Source: an uncultured Desulfarculus sp. (GTDB taxonomy: Bacteria; Desulfobacterota; Desulfarculia; Desulfarculales; Desulfarculaceae). From it: DNA of 64,000 nucleotides. The notes beneath the pieces were generated by a model. The model searched no databases. It was given only the letters and a program-made list of their open reading frames with translations, and was not told the origin of the DNA. Positions 54,596-64,000 of the stretch are shown here, one piece after another (within the stretch, counting starts at the first letter, position 1; each line of letters begins with the position of its first letter). The position numbers and the translations under genes are program-made. The DNA lies in the NCBI GenBank assembly GCA_963665125.2, contig CAXXUK010000001.1, positions 1,696,001 through 1,760,000 of the forward strand, read 5' to 3'.

Positions 54596-54865
54596 ATGGA
54601 TAACAATGCAGCACAAATTCGCGTTGATTCCTGTTTGGGCGTGATTCGTGATATTCACACCAGGCTGCTCAAGGAAGACATCAATCCCCGCATAGTCGAA
54701 CAACTGCAACACCTCAACGACATGCTGTCGCTTATCGACCACAAATCAGTAACCGAAACGGAAATGACGCGCATCGAAAGGTGCTGCAACCAGCTGTTAA
54801 ATGAATTGGGCGTCTTGTTTACCCACCGTGGTATAGAAAGTCTCTACGAAATTACAGTGCATTGA
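54596..54865 (+). CDS. Hypothetical helical protein
   Basis: 89-aa ORF 10 nt after the yvlD-like gene, followed by a terminator. Confidence 0.65.
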   Translation: MDNNAAQIRVDSCLGVIRDIHTRLLKEDINPRIVEQLQHLNDMLSLIDHKSVTETEMTRIERCCNQLLNELGVLFTHRGIESLYEITVH

Positions 54866-54916
54866 CCCGACCGCCGCATCGCAAACCGGCATTGGCTCAA
54901 CTATTTTGATTATCAT

Positions 54917-54944
54917 GGGCGGCCCCGCATCAACGGGGCTGCCC
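54917..54944. terminator. Hairpin between convergent genes
   Basis: gggcggccccg / cggggctgccc followed by tttc. Confidence 0.6.
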
Positions 54945-54952
54945 TTTCTGAT

Positions 54953-55198
54953 TTAACGAGTGTGTCCCGGCAGGGTGATGCTGGCGCAAGAGCCCTTGCT
55001 GCCGCAGTCATTACTTTGGACGGAAGGGCCGGAGGCGGAACCGCCGCCGGAGACCACGGCGCTACCGGCGCTCATCAGTTTGCTTATGTTGGGGCTTTGG
55101 CATTCGGGGCATTTGGGCTCGATAAGGTCATCGGAGCGCATGGCCAGAAGCTCGAATTGATGACCGCAGCCATCGCAGCGGAATTCATAAATGGGCAT
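54953..55198 (-). CDS. FmdB-family zinc-ribbon protein
   Basis: MPIYEFRCDGCGHQFE...CPECQS..ISKLMS. Confidence 0.9.
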   Translation of the reverse strand: MPIYEFRCDGCGHQFELLAMRSDDLIEPKCPECQSPNISKLMSAGSAVVSGGGSASGPSVQSNDCGSKGSCASITLPGHTR

Positions 55199-55294
55199 TG
55201 ACGAATCCTTTCATAGATCTACGGGCAGGGCAAGTGTATCGCCGCCGAGCGTTGCTGGCAAGGCCGTCCGCCCAAATGCGAAGCGGAGCGCACA

Positions 55295-56077
55295 ATGAGC
55301 TGGAAACTGGCCACCTTTAACGTCAACGGCATACGCGCCAGGCTGCATATCCTTTTGCCCTGGCTGGCCGAGAACCAACCCGACGTTCTGTGCCTTCAGG
55401 AAATAAAATGCCAGGACAAGGATTTTCCAGCCGAACAATTCGCCGATGCGGGATATGAGGCCATTTTCCACGGCCAGAAGAGCTACAACGGCGTGGCCAT
55501 TCTCAGCCGGCAAATACCCCAGGAACACGGCAGCGGTTTCAATGGGCAATGGGAAGACGATCAGGCCCGGCTTATCTGGATGCGCCACGGCGACATATTG
55601 ATAGTCAACACATATGTGCCCCAGGGCCGAGATCCCCAGGACCCGGCCTTTGCCTATAAACTGGAATTTTTCAGCCAACTCCACAAAATGTTCGACCTTA
55701 AATCCTCGCCCGATCAAAAGGTGATCTGGTGCGGCGACATCAACGTGGCGCCCCGGGACATCGACCTGTACGACCCAGAAACCCTGGCCGGCACCATAGG
55801 CTGCCACCCCGATGAACGGGCGGCGTATCAGGCGGTGCTGGACTGGGGTTTCAACGACGTTTTCCGGCGGCTGTATCCGGAAAAGCAGCAGTTCACCTTT
55901 TGGGACTACCGATTGCGGGGAGCATTGAGCAGGGGCCTGGGCTGGCGCATCGACCATATCCTGGCCACGGCTAGCGTGGCCGAGGCCTGCACCTCCTGCT
56001 GGGCAGACGAAGCGCCCAGGCGTCTGGAAAAACCTTCGGACCATACGCCGTTGGTAGCTGAGTTCGATTTTTCGTAA
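55295..56077 (+). CDS. xth: Exodeoxyribonuclease III
   Basis: ATFNVNGIRAR, LQEIK, YNGVAI, GDINVA, GWRIDH, PSDHTP. Confidence 0.95.
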   Translation: MSWKLATFNVNGIRARLHILLPWLAENQPDVLCLQEIKCQDKDFPAEQFADAGYEAIFHGQKSYNGVAILSRQIPQEHGSGFNGQWEDDQARLIWMRHGDILIVNTYVPQGRDPQDPAFAYKLEFFSQLHKMFDLKSSPDQKVIWCGDINVAPRDIDLYDPETLAGTIGCHPDERAAYQAVLDWGFNDVFRRLYPEKQQFTFWDYRLRGALSRGLGWRIDHILATASVAEACTSCWADEAPRRLEKPSDHTPLVAEFDFS

Positions 56078-56079
56078 TA

Positions 56080-57192
56080 TCAGGGCAGGCAGACCTGGTT
56101 GCGGCCACCCTGTTTGGCTTTATAGAGGGCCTTGTCGGCCTGCTCCACCAACTGGGCTATGCTTTGTTGGCCGTCCCACTGGGCCACGCCCATGCTCACC
56201 GTAAAGCCCCCCAGTGAATCGAAGGGCGGGACCTTGGAATTGGCCTCGACACTCTTGCGGACTTTTTCGGCGACCTTGCGGCCCTTGTTCAGATCACAGT
56301 CCAGCAACAAGACCATGAACTCCTCTCCGCCGAAACGCCCCACGAGGTCGGTCTTGCGCACGCCATCGCGCAACCAGCCCGAGAAACGCCGCAAGGCGTC
56401 ATCACCCTGCAGATGACCAAGCTGATCATTGAGTCGTTTAAAGTGGTCCAAGTCGGCCATGACGACGCTTATGGGCTTGCCGGAACGCTTGGAGCGCAGC
56501 AGTTCCTCTTCAAGCCGCTGGTGGATGTAGCGGTGATTGTATAAACTGGTCAAACCGTCGGTGATGGACAACTCCACCAGACGCTGGTTGGCCTCTTTCA
56601 ACCTGGCGTTCAGGCTTTTCAACTCTAGGTTTTGTTCATCGGCCTTGGTCTTCAGTTCGACAATGCGCCCCATGTTGTCAATCATTTCACTGACAAGGCC
56701 GTAGTGTTCGATGGCAACGGCCAGCAGGTCGCCAATCGTCTCCATGAACAAAATGGCTTCCGGATCATGCACCGGCTTTTTATCTGGTGGCCAAACCGCG
56801 GTGATGACGCCGACCCTGACCTCCAAACCGGAAACAAGGGCGCTGATCAATCCGGAGGTGCCTTCGGGGCTGTCGGAACCGAAAAGATGAACCGTATCTT
56901 TTTGGAGCAAAACCCGGGCCGGCCATTGTGGGCTGTTTGCATCCAGAGTGCGCCAGGAATTGAGAAGCCCGTTGTCAATCTCATGAAAAGAAACAAGCTG
57001 GAGGGTGGAACCTTGGTCGTCATGCAGATGCAGACAGGTCATGGCGCCGTCAAGAGCCTCGGCGGCGTTGCGTAATGCCTCGTCGAAAATTACCGATATT
57101 TCCAACTCGGAATGAGCGGCCATTGTGGCGATGGTCCGCCTCAAGGCCGTTAACTTAACACGAAATCCAGTTTTATTCCCTTTTTCCGTCAC
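56080..57192 (-). CDS. GAF-like + GGDEF diguanylate cyclase
   Basis: TDGLTSLYN, DLDHFKRLND, RxxD I-site (RKTD), RFGGEEF. Confidence 0.93.
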   Translation of the reverse strand: MTEKGNKTGFRVKLTALRRTIATMAAHSELEISVIFDEALRNAAEALDGAMTCLHLHDDQGSTLQLVSFHEIDNGLLNSWRTLDANSPQWPARVLLQKDTVHLFGSDSPEGTSGLISALVSGLEVRVGVITAVWPPDKKPVHDPEAILFMETIGDLLAVAIEHYGLVSEMIDNMGRIVELKTKADEQNLELKSLNARLKEANQRLVELSITDGLTSLYNHRYIHQRLEEELLRSKRSGKPISVVMADLDHFKRLNDQLGHLQGDDALRRFSGWLRDGVRKTDLVGRFGGEEFMVLLLDCDLNKGRKVAEKVRKSVEANSKVPPFDSLGGFTVSMGVAQWDGQQSIAQLVEQADKALYKAKQGGRNQVCLP

Positions 57193-57506
57193 GCTGTCAT
57201 TCCATTTGGGCCGTCTCGGGCCAAGCCGTTTCCATTAAAAAATGAAAGCCAGTCACATTTTTACCACACTTTTTCGTTTTATATAGTCACAATTATGAAC
57301 AATATAAAAATACCACATTTGAAAAAACAGCCACCTTCGCCGGACCAAAGCTCAGCCATAATAAATATCGAAACAGAGCTGCCCTACAAACAAACATATT
57401 GCAATAAAATTAATCAGTGATATTTTATCATCAAATTATGGTTGCAATGATTTCATATTTTATGTCAAAAGATATAGTAATCGAATTTTTCCAAGGGAGA
57501 ATACTT

Positions 57507-57857
57507 ATGGCTCGAAAATCCAAATGGTCTGCCGAAGACCGAAAAAAACTGCTTAAAATGGTCAACAATGGAACTACAGAACAGGACATTCGTGAAGAAC
57601 TGGCCATTAACGGCAAGGCCATGACAGCCATAGAATTTGCCCAGCAGTTCAAGATGGCCATGGTTGAAGACGGCCGTATCAAGCAAGCAACCGCCAAGAA
57701 AACCGTGGAAAAAGCGAAAACATACGAAGTGACGGATACCGGCCGTCTTTCAATTACCGATTTTTCCGAAATCACCGGTGCCGCAGCCGGAGCCAAATTC
57801 AGGCTTGAAAAACCTAGAGGCCGTTCCCAAGCATGGCGGTTGGTGGCGGCAGATTAA
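57507..57857 (+). CDS. Small basic DNA-binding protein (HTH-like plus AbrB-like)
   Basis: AGGGAG RBS; KWSAEDRKKLLKMVNNG..EQDIREEL and YEVTDTGRLSI. Confidence 0.55.
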   Translation: MARKSKWSAEDRKKLLKMVNNGTTEQDIREELAINGKAMTAIEFAQQFKMAMVEDGRIKQATAKKTVEKAKTYEVTDTGRLSITDFSEITGAAAGAKFRLEKPRGRSQAWRLVAAD

Positions 57858-58162
57858 CACACCGCGTGTCTATTTACAAATAGGCTGCATACCATATGGG
57901 TATGTAGCCTATTTTTGTGTAATGGGCCGCCGTCAACATCGTCACGAGTATAGGCTTTTTTAGACATGCCTGGTTTTATTTCGTTGAATTATTTCAAGCG
58001 GATGTTCAATCGCGCCAAGAGATTATGGATGGCCCCGATCGGCCTTTATGCCACATGTCAATCCACTAGGCGCAATCCCCTTGTATGGTTTGTGTTTTTT
58101 AGTCATAATCATGCCGTTGACAATTGTTATGCGGCAAATTTTCTGACTTTGGAGAAAAATTG

Positions 58163-59224
58163 ATGACCATAATCGTTACAGGTGGCGCGGGATTTATAGG
58201 TTCAGCATTAGTACATTATTTAATCAGCGTTCGCCGCGTAAAAGTGGTATGCATTGACAAGTTGACCTATGCCGCAAACTTGGCTTCGTTAAAGACCTTT
58301 ACAGACAATCCAGACTTTTTTTTCGAGCAAACGGATATATGCTCCGCGGATGAAATCAAGCGAATTTTCAAACAGCATAGGCCTTCAGGCATCATGCACT
58401 TGGCCGCCGAGTCTCATGTGGACAGGTCAATCGACTCGCCCGGTCAATTTATCCAGACCAACATTGTAGGAACATATACCCTTTTGGGAGCCGCCCTGGA
58501 ATATTGGGAAGATTTGGATGGGCCGGCAAGGGAATCTTTCCGGTTTTTACATGTTTCCACCGATGAAGTATACGGTTCTCTTGGCGCCGACGGCCTTTTC
58601 ACCGAAGACATGCCCTACAGGCCTAATTCACCCTATGCGGCAAGCAAGGCTAGCTCCGATCTATTGGCTAGGGCCTGGCATAAAACATACGGCTTGCCCG
58701 TGGTTATCAGCAACTGCTCCAACAATTACGGCCCGCGTCAATTCCCAGAGAAACTTATTCCCTTGATGATTATTAAAGGCATGTCCGGCGAGTCTCTTCC
58801 TGTTTACGGAACAGGCATGAACGTGAGAGACTGGCTTCATGTGGATGATCATGCCGAAGCCCTGACGATGATATTGGAAAAAGGCCGCCCAGGCCAGACA
58901 TACAACATCGGAGGCAACGCCGAACGCAACAACATGCAGGTCGTGGAGACGATATGCGCGGAACTGGACAAGGCCCTGCCCGACTCGCCGCACAGGCCGC
59001 ACAGGCAGCTGGTCAAGATGGTCGCCGACAGACCGGGGCACGACCTGCGTTACGCCATGGATTACAGCAAATTGGCCGCGGAACTCGGCTGGCAGCCCAA
59101 GCACACCTTTGAACAGGGTCTGGCTGACACGGTCCGCTGGTATCTGGACAACCACTGGTGGTGGCAGCCCATCATCGACGGCACCTACGCCGGGCAGCGC
59201 CTCGGCCTAAACCGGAGGGATTGA
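58163..59224 (+). CDS. rfbB: dTDP-glucose 4,6-dehydratase
   Basis: [45 protein letters not shown]. Confidence 0.97.
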   Translation: MTIIVTGGAGFIGSALVHYLISVRRVKVVCIDKLTYAANLASLKTFTDNPDFFFEQTDICSADEIKRIFKQHRPSGIMHLAAESHVDRSIDSPGQFIQTNIVGTYTLLGAALEYWEDLDGPARESFRFLHVSTDEVYGSLGADGLFTEDMPYRPNSPYAASKASSDLLARAWHKTYGLPVVISNCSNNYGPRQFPEKLIPLMIIKGMSGESLPVYGTGMNVRDWLHVDDHAEALTMILEKGRPGQTYNIGGNAERNNMQVVETICAELDKALPDSPHRPHRQLVKMVADRPGHDLRYAMDYSKLAAELGWQPKHTFEQGLADTVRWYLDNHWWWQPIIDGTYAGQRLGLNRRD

Positions 59225-59227
59225 CCC

Positions 59228-60136
59228 ATAGGAAGCGCCGACGCACAAAAGACCATCCTCGTCTTGGGAGCGGGCGGTCAACTTGGCCGTGAGCTACTTC
59301 GCACCCGGCCTCCGCGGGGAATGTCGGCCAAGGGATTGACCCGCGGCGATTTGGACATCACCAACCCTGATGTAGTGATGGAAGCGCTGAGGAAAATCAA
59401 GCCCGACGTGGTTATCAATTGTGCGTCCTACACCGCCGTGGACAAGGCCGAACAGCAAGTGCAGCAATCCTTTGACGTCAACACCCAGGGCGCCGCGGCC
59501 GTGGCCAGGGCCTGCGAGGAAACCGGCGCCCACCTTTTGCATATCTCCACGGAATATGTTTTCAACGGCTTCCAGGAAGAGCCCTACGTTGAGGACGACG
59601 ATACCTCGCCCCTGAATATTTACGGTCAATGCAAGGCCGAGGCCGAACGCCAGGTGCGCCTTTTGTGCCATGGCCACGTCATTGTGCGCACCTCATGGCT
59701 TTTTTCGACCATGGGCAAAAACTTCGTACACGCCATCCTCAGGCTGGCCAAGGAAAAACCTCAGCTGCGGGTGGTGGCCGACCAATTCGGCTGCCCCACT
59801 CCCTCCGCGGACCTCTCTCAAGTTTTATTTGAAATATCCCGTCAGTTGCTTGAAGGCAAGAGCGACGGATTCGGCACGTTTCACTATTGCGGCGCCGGAA
59901 AGGTCAGCCGCTATGGCTTCGCCCAGCGCATCCTGAAACACGCCAGGCCTTATTTGGCCAACATGCCGGAGATGATCCCCGTCAGCCAAAGCGAATTTCC
60001 CACACCGGCCCACCGGCCCATGAACTGCATCCTAGACTGCGCAAAGATTGGCCGGGTCTACGGCATCAAGCAAAAGGCCTGGGACAGCGGTCTGGCGGAT
60101 GTTATAAAAGAGTTGCACTCTAAAGCGGGAGAGTAG
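59228..60136 (+). CDS. rfbD: dTDP-4-dehydrorhamnose reductase (start uncertain, possibly ATA 59228)
   Basis: ILVLGAGGQLG, YTAVDKAE, PLNIYGQCK, VVADQFGCPT. Confidence 0.92.
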   Translation: MGSADAQKTILVLGAGGQLGRELLRTRPPRGMSAKGLTRGDLDITNPDVVMEALRKIKPDVVINCASYTAVDKAEQQVQQSFDVNTQGAAAVARACEETGAHLLHISTEYVFNGFQEEPYVEDDDTSPLNIYGQCKAEAERQVRLLCHGHVIVRTSWLFSTMGKNFVHAILRLAKEKPQLRVVADQFGCPTPSADLSQVLFEISRQLLEGKSDGFGTFHYCGAGKVSRYGFAQRILKHARPYLANMPEMIPVSQSEFPTPAHRPMNCILDCAKIGRVYGIKQKAWDSGLADVIKELHSKAGE

Positions 60137-60139
60137 GCC

Positions 60140-61015
60140 ATGAAAGGCATAATTCTGGCCGGTGGTTCCGGCACCAGGCTTTTTCCAATGACCCAGGTGG
60201 TCAGCAAGCAGCTGCTGCCCGTCTACGACAAGCCCATGATCTATTACCCGCTTTCGGTGCTGATGCTCAGCAATATCCGCGACATTCTGGTGATTTCCAC
60301 CCCCCAGGATCTGCCCCGTTTCCACGAACTGTTGGGCGACGGCTCCCGATGGGGCATCAACTTGTCCTACATTGAGCAGACACGCCCCGAGGGACTGGCC
60401 CACGCCTTTATTCTGGGCCGCCAATTTGTCGGAAACGACTCCGTATGCCTGATCCTGGGCGACAACATCTTCTTCGGCCAGGGCCTGCGCCAGGCCATGC
60501 AACGGGCCATGGCCCGCGACCAGGGCGCCACGATATTCGCCTACCTGGTCCGCGACCCCCAGCGCTACGGCATCGTCAAGTTCGACGAAAACGGCCTGGC
60601 CACCAATATCGAGGAAAAGCCGGCCGTACCAAAATCCAACTGGGCCGTCACCGGTCTTTACTATTACGACAACCAGGTTCTGGACATCGCCGCCAAACTC
60701 AAACCATCGGCCCGCGGCGAGTTGGAAATAACCGACGTCAACAATGCCTATCTGGCCCAGGGGCAGCTCAACGTGGAAAAGATGGGCAGGGGTATGGCCT
60801 GGCTGGATACGGGCACTCCAGGCTCGCTCTTAAAGGCCGCCAACTTCATCGGGGCCCTGGAGTCGCGCCAAAGCCTCAAGGTGGCCTGCCCCGAGGAAGT
60901 GGCCTACAACATGGGCTTCATCGATGCGGCCCAGGTGGAGCGGCTGGCCCGCCCACTGATGCAGAACAGCTACGGCCAATATCTGTTGCAGATCATCAAA
61001 CCGGAATATCAATAA
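60140..61015 (+). CDS. rfbA: Glucose-1-phosphate thymidylyltransferase
   Basis: [44 protein letters not shown]. Confidence 0.98.
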   Translation: MKGIILAGGSGTRLFPMTQVVSKQLLPVYDKPMIYYPLSVLMLSNIRDILVISTPQDLPRFHELLGDGSRWGINLSYIEQTRPEGLAHAFILGRQFVGNDSVCLILGDNIFFGQGLRQAMQRAMARDQGATIFAYLVRDPQRYGIVKFDENGLATNIEEKPAVPKSNWAVTGLYYYDNQVLDIAAKLKPSARGELEITDVNNAYLAQGQLNVEKMGRGMAWLDTGTPGSLLKAANFIGALESRQSLKVACPEEVAYNMGFIDAAQVERLARPLMQNSYGQYLLQIIKPEYQ

Positions 61016-61032
61016 CCCAGCGGAGGACACAG

Positions 61033-61494
61033 TTGGACCTCATCGACGGCGTTAAAATCAAACAGCTCAAGGTCATCCCCGACGAACGGGGCCGCCTCAT
61101 GGAAATACTGCGCTGCGACGACGAGCTATTCCTGGAATTCGGCCAGGTGTACATGACCACCACCCTGCCCGGCGTGGTCAAGGCCTGGCATTTGCACAAA
61201 AAACAACACGACAATGTTTGCTGCGTATTCGGCATGATCCGCCTGGGCCTCTACGACGACCGCGAAGGCTCGCCCACCAGGGGCATGACCAACGAATTCT
61301 ACATGGGCACCCACCGCCCCCTCTTGGTGCAGATCCCGCCCCTGGTCTACCACGGCTGGAAATGCGTCAGCGTGGAAGAAGCCCTCATCGTCAACACCGT
61401 CACCAAACCCTATGACTACAAAGAACCCGACGAGTTCCGCCTGGACGCCCACGACCCGGCCGTGCCCTGGGATTGGACCCGCAAAGACGGTTAA
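61033..61494 (+). CDS. rfbC: dTDP-4-dehydrorhamnose 3,5-epimerase family cupin
   Basis: TTG start with GGAGG RBS; DERGRLME, PGVVKAWHLH, IPPLVYHG; last gene of the rml cluster. Confidence 0.85.
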   Translation: MDLIDGVKIKQLKVIPDERGRLMEILRCDDELFLEFGQVYMTTTLPGVVKAWHLHKKQHDNVCCVFGMIRLGLYDDREGSPTRGMTNEFYMGTHRPLLVQIPPLVYHGWKCVSVEEALIVNTVTKPYDYKEPDEFRLDAHDPAVPWDWTRKDG

Positions 61495-61531
61495 AACGCC
61501 GACCTGATACAACAGGATCGTTCACGCCTGA

Positions 61532-62857
61532 TTGATTGGGGGGATTGTGAAATTCCTATTTCGGGTAATGCTGTGCTTTGCGCTGTTGACCGCGCCGGGG
61601 TGCGGCGATGCTGACACCCAGAAAGAAAAGATGCTCCGGGCCCTGGTCGAGGCACAACTGCAAGATCAAACCAGCCAGGAAGAAAACCGCGAAGAAGAAG
61701 AAGCCCAAAAGGCCCGAATGGCGCGGCTGGTGGATCAAAGCCTGGCCAAGCTGGACCGCCAGTCAATCCTTGATCAGGCCCTGAAAATTGCACGAAATAT
61801 TGATGATCCTAGTAATAGAGCCAAGGCACTTTGTTATGTGGCGGTTGCAGCCGTTAGTGATGAAATCTTTGACGAGGCGGAGGATGCGCTCAACAGCGAT
61901 GAGGAAAGGCTCGCCAGAGCTTTCGCGTTAATGGGAATAGTCACCCATTTAATCTGGCAAGAAGAATACGACCATGCGAGTAATTTTGTACGCTTAGTGG
62001 GTTCGGCCGAAGAAAGGGATAATTACTTTATCGATATAGCAATCGGTCAAGCGGAAAAAGGAGATATCGGCAAGGCTCAGGACACTGCACTTGAAATAAA
62101 AAGTACTTACGGAAGAGATGTCATCAAGTGCAACATTGCAAGAAAACTTGCAGAATCAGGCGACACCGTAAAAGCCATGGAAACTACCCAATCCATCCAG
62201 ATAGAGTCCATGAGACTTTGGGCTATGGGCATAATCTCCGTGGCAACCAAAAATCAACAGCTGTTGAACGATGCTCTAACCTCTGCACAGTCGATAAAAA
62301 ATAATAAATCACGAGTTCATGCCTTATACCTACTAGCCACGGTCTATGTTGAAAACAACGATATTAATCAGGTAAAAACCATTATCACATCAATAAAAGA
62401 CCCTAATTCAGTAAAAGCCATAACGTCTCGTTTTGCTTTGGCCTATGCAGAGGACGGCGACTTTGATCAAGCCTATACAACTATTAAAGATTTTACGACA
62501 AGCCTCAACAATTTAAACTTATTGTCAGGTATCGTAATTTTACATGCCCAAAATGGTGATAAGAACGAAGCATTATCAATTGCCCGAATAATCCGCGATG
62601 ATTTTGACAAGGCAGGGGTACTTTGGACCATCGCCGAGAAAACCAATGATCCAGCCTTGCTTGCCGAAGCCAAAGAAGTCCTATCGAATATGGGTGATAA
62701 AGTTAGGGAAAAGGATGTTTTGAGCATCATCGCACCAATCGAGGCCAAACTTTTGGGCATAGAAAAAGCCAAGCAAACGCTAAAGAAACTCACCCAAGAA
62801 TCGGACCTGGTACAGGCCCTCTGTGAAATCGCCCAGCAATACCCGGAAAATAAGTAA
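61532..62857 (+). CDS. Lipoprotein with alpha-helical (TPR-like) repeats
   Basis: Lipobox-like APGC; ~30-aa repeats such as RAKALCYVAVA, IAIGQAEKGDIGKA, IARKLAESGDTVKA. Confidence 0.75.
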   Translation: MIGGIVKFLFRVMLCFALLTAPGCGDADTQKEKMLRALVEAQLQDQTSQEENREEEEAQKARMARLVDQSLAKLDRQSILDQALKIARNIDDPSNRAKALCYVAVAAVSDEIFDEAEDALNSDEERLARAFALMGIVTHLIWQEEYDHASNFVRLVGSAEERDNYFIDIAIGQAEKGDIGKAQDTALEIKSTYGRDVIKCNIARKLAESGDTVKAMETTQSIQIESMRLWAMGIISVATKNQQLLNDALTSAQSIKNNKSRVHALYLLATVYVENNDINQVKTIITSIKDPNSVKAITSRFALAYAEDGDFDQAYTTIKDFTTSLNNLNLLSGIVILHAQNGDKNEALSIARIIRDDFDKAGVLWTIAEKTNDPALLAEAKEVLSNMGDKVREKDVLSIIAPIEAKLLGIEKAKQTLKKLTQESDLVQALCEIAQQYPENK

Positions 62858-62906
62858 GCGGAAAGGCAACCCGGTCTTAGAGCCCGGCGCGGCCCTTAGC
62901 CAAACG

Positions 62907-63145
62907 CGTTTATCTGTTTTGCCGAAGGCAAAACAGATAAACGATGCGGTTTTGTTTTGGGATGGGGGTCTGGGGAAACATTAATCCGCTGAAATAAAGC
63001 GGGTCATGGACGGCCCGCCGAAGCAGCCACCTGAAAGGGTGCGGCTTCGGCAATCCAATCAAAATCACGCTTTTGATTGGATTGCGGTTGCAAGGGGCAG
63101 GACGCCCCTTGCAACAGAGAAATCAGACAAAAAGGTTTCCCCCAG
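62907..63145. repeat. Multi-hairpin palindromic intergenic element (REP/MITE-like or ncRNA)
   Basis: Perfect stems of 17 bp (62907-62943, GAA loop), 15 bp (63050-63085) and 12 bp (63087-63115), plus 63017-63051 and long-range ctggggaaac/gtttcccccag pairing. Confidence 0.7.
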
Positions 63146-63154
63146 CATCTCGAA

Positions 63155-64000
63155 TCACAAACTTGGCGCTTGATCCTCGGCCATGGCCTGGCGCCAGGCG
63201 CGGACGCTCTTGAGGCAGCGGTTGGCTTCGACCGCCGTGCGGCTGTCCTTTTCGGCCCGTTTGGCGGCGAGATTGAAAGCTTCCTCGGCCTTGGCGGCCT
63301 TTTCCATCTGCCATGCGGCGTATCCGGCCAGGAGGCTGTTCTTGCCGTCCTTGTCCTCGATGGCCGCCGCCTTGCTGAAGGCGTCATAGGCCTGGCCGTA
63401 GTGTTTGCGCATCATGTTTATACGCCCCGCCAGGACCCAGCGTTTGGCCGTTGGTTTGGCTTTGGCCGCGGCAACGGCCTGTTCCAGGGCCTGATCGTAG
63501 AAGTGGCCTTCAAGGTACACGCGGGCCAGTATGTCCCTGTCCTTGGGCGTGGGGTTGGCCCCAAAAGCGATCAGGTAGCGTTTGGCCGCCTGCTTGGGCG
63601 CGCCTGCCGCCCGGTGGATGTCGCCCAGTTGCCGCCATGCGGAGGCGTTATCCGGCGGCTTGAGGCGATAGGCCACCTCCATTGCCGCGGCGGCGCCGGC
63701 GTATTCGCTAAGTTCTAGTTTAATTGAGGCCAGCAGCCGCCAGTTGACGTCCTTGTCCGGCTGGATCTGCAACAGCTTTTCCAGGACAGGCTCGGCCTTG
63801 CGGGGCTGTTTGAGGTTGAGATAGCACTGCACCAGGGCGGCCAGCCAGTGGGCCTTGGGCTTGTCCATTGCGGCAAGTTTTTTAAGGATGGGCAGTCCCT
63901 TGTCAGCCTGTTTGGCGGCCATATAAAAGACCCCCGCCGAGTACAGCGTTTCCGGATCGGGCTTTTCAGCCACCTCGTAGGCCGTTAGCATCAGCTCGGC
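63155..64000 (-). CDS. TPR-repeat protein (5' end outside the window)
   Basis: Consecutive TPR-like helices; the ORF is open to the window edge. Confidence 0.85.
   Translation of the reverse strand, partial: AELMLTAYEVAEKPDPETLYSAGVFYMAAKQADKGLPILKKLAAMDKPKAHWLAALVQCYLNLKQPRKAEPVLEKLLQIQPDKDVNWRLLASIKLELSEYAGAAAAMEVAYRLKPPDNASAWRQLGDIHRAAGAPKQAAKRYLIAFGANPTPKDRDILARVYLEGHFYDQALEQAVAAAKAKPTAKRWVLAGRINMMRKHYGQAYDAFSKAAAIEDKDGKNSLLAGYAAWQMEKAAKAEEAFNLAAKRAEKDSRTAVEANRCLKSVRAWRQAMAEDQAPSL

Overview
GC-rich bacterial chromosome segment. Gene content (CooC, a RACo/ASKHA corrinoid activator, FmdB-type zinc ribbon, GAF-HD-GYP and GGDEF proteins) suggests an anaerobic deltaproteobacterium (Desulfobacterota); this is inference. 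The left third is accessory: a MerR-TetR fusion regulator, an esterase with an AraC regulator, and a CpxRA-like two-component pair divergent from macAB-tolC. Next come two integrase-less cargo islets stacked in tandem on the 3' end of tRNA-Asp(GTC), with degenerate 48-nt tRNA-Asp 3' copies at 10900 and 12223, the intact gene at 19802-19880, and related flanking arms. One islet carries only cooC behind a structured leader. The other carries an IS3 scar, a tandem-Cache kinase with a NarL-type regulator, an acyl-CoA ligase and a permease. The rest is mostly core: tRNA-Val, tig-clpP-clpX-lon, mnmG, hisH-hisF, RNB ribonuclease, a heterodimeric ABC exporter, a cobalamin riboswitch upstream of RACo, xth and rmlBDAC. 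Oddities include a GTDC1/QTMAN-like glycosyltransferase, a small protein ending like flagellin, an rmlD with no canonical start codon, and a ~240-nt multi-hairpin intergenic element. No CRISPR array, rRNA or integrase gene was seen. All product calls come from motif recognition by eye, not database searches.
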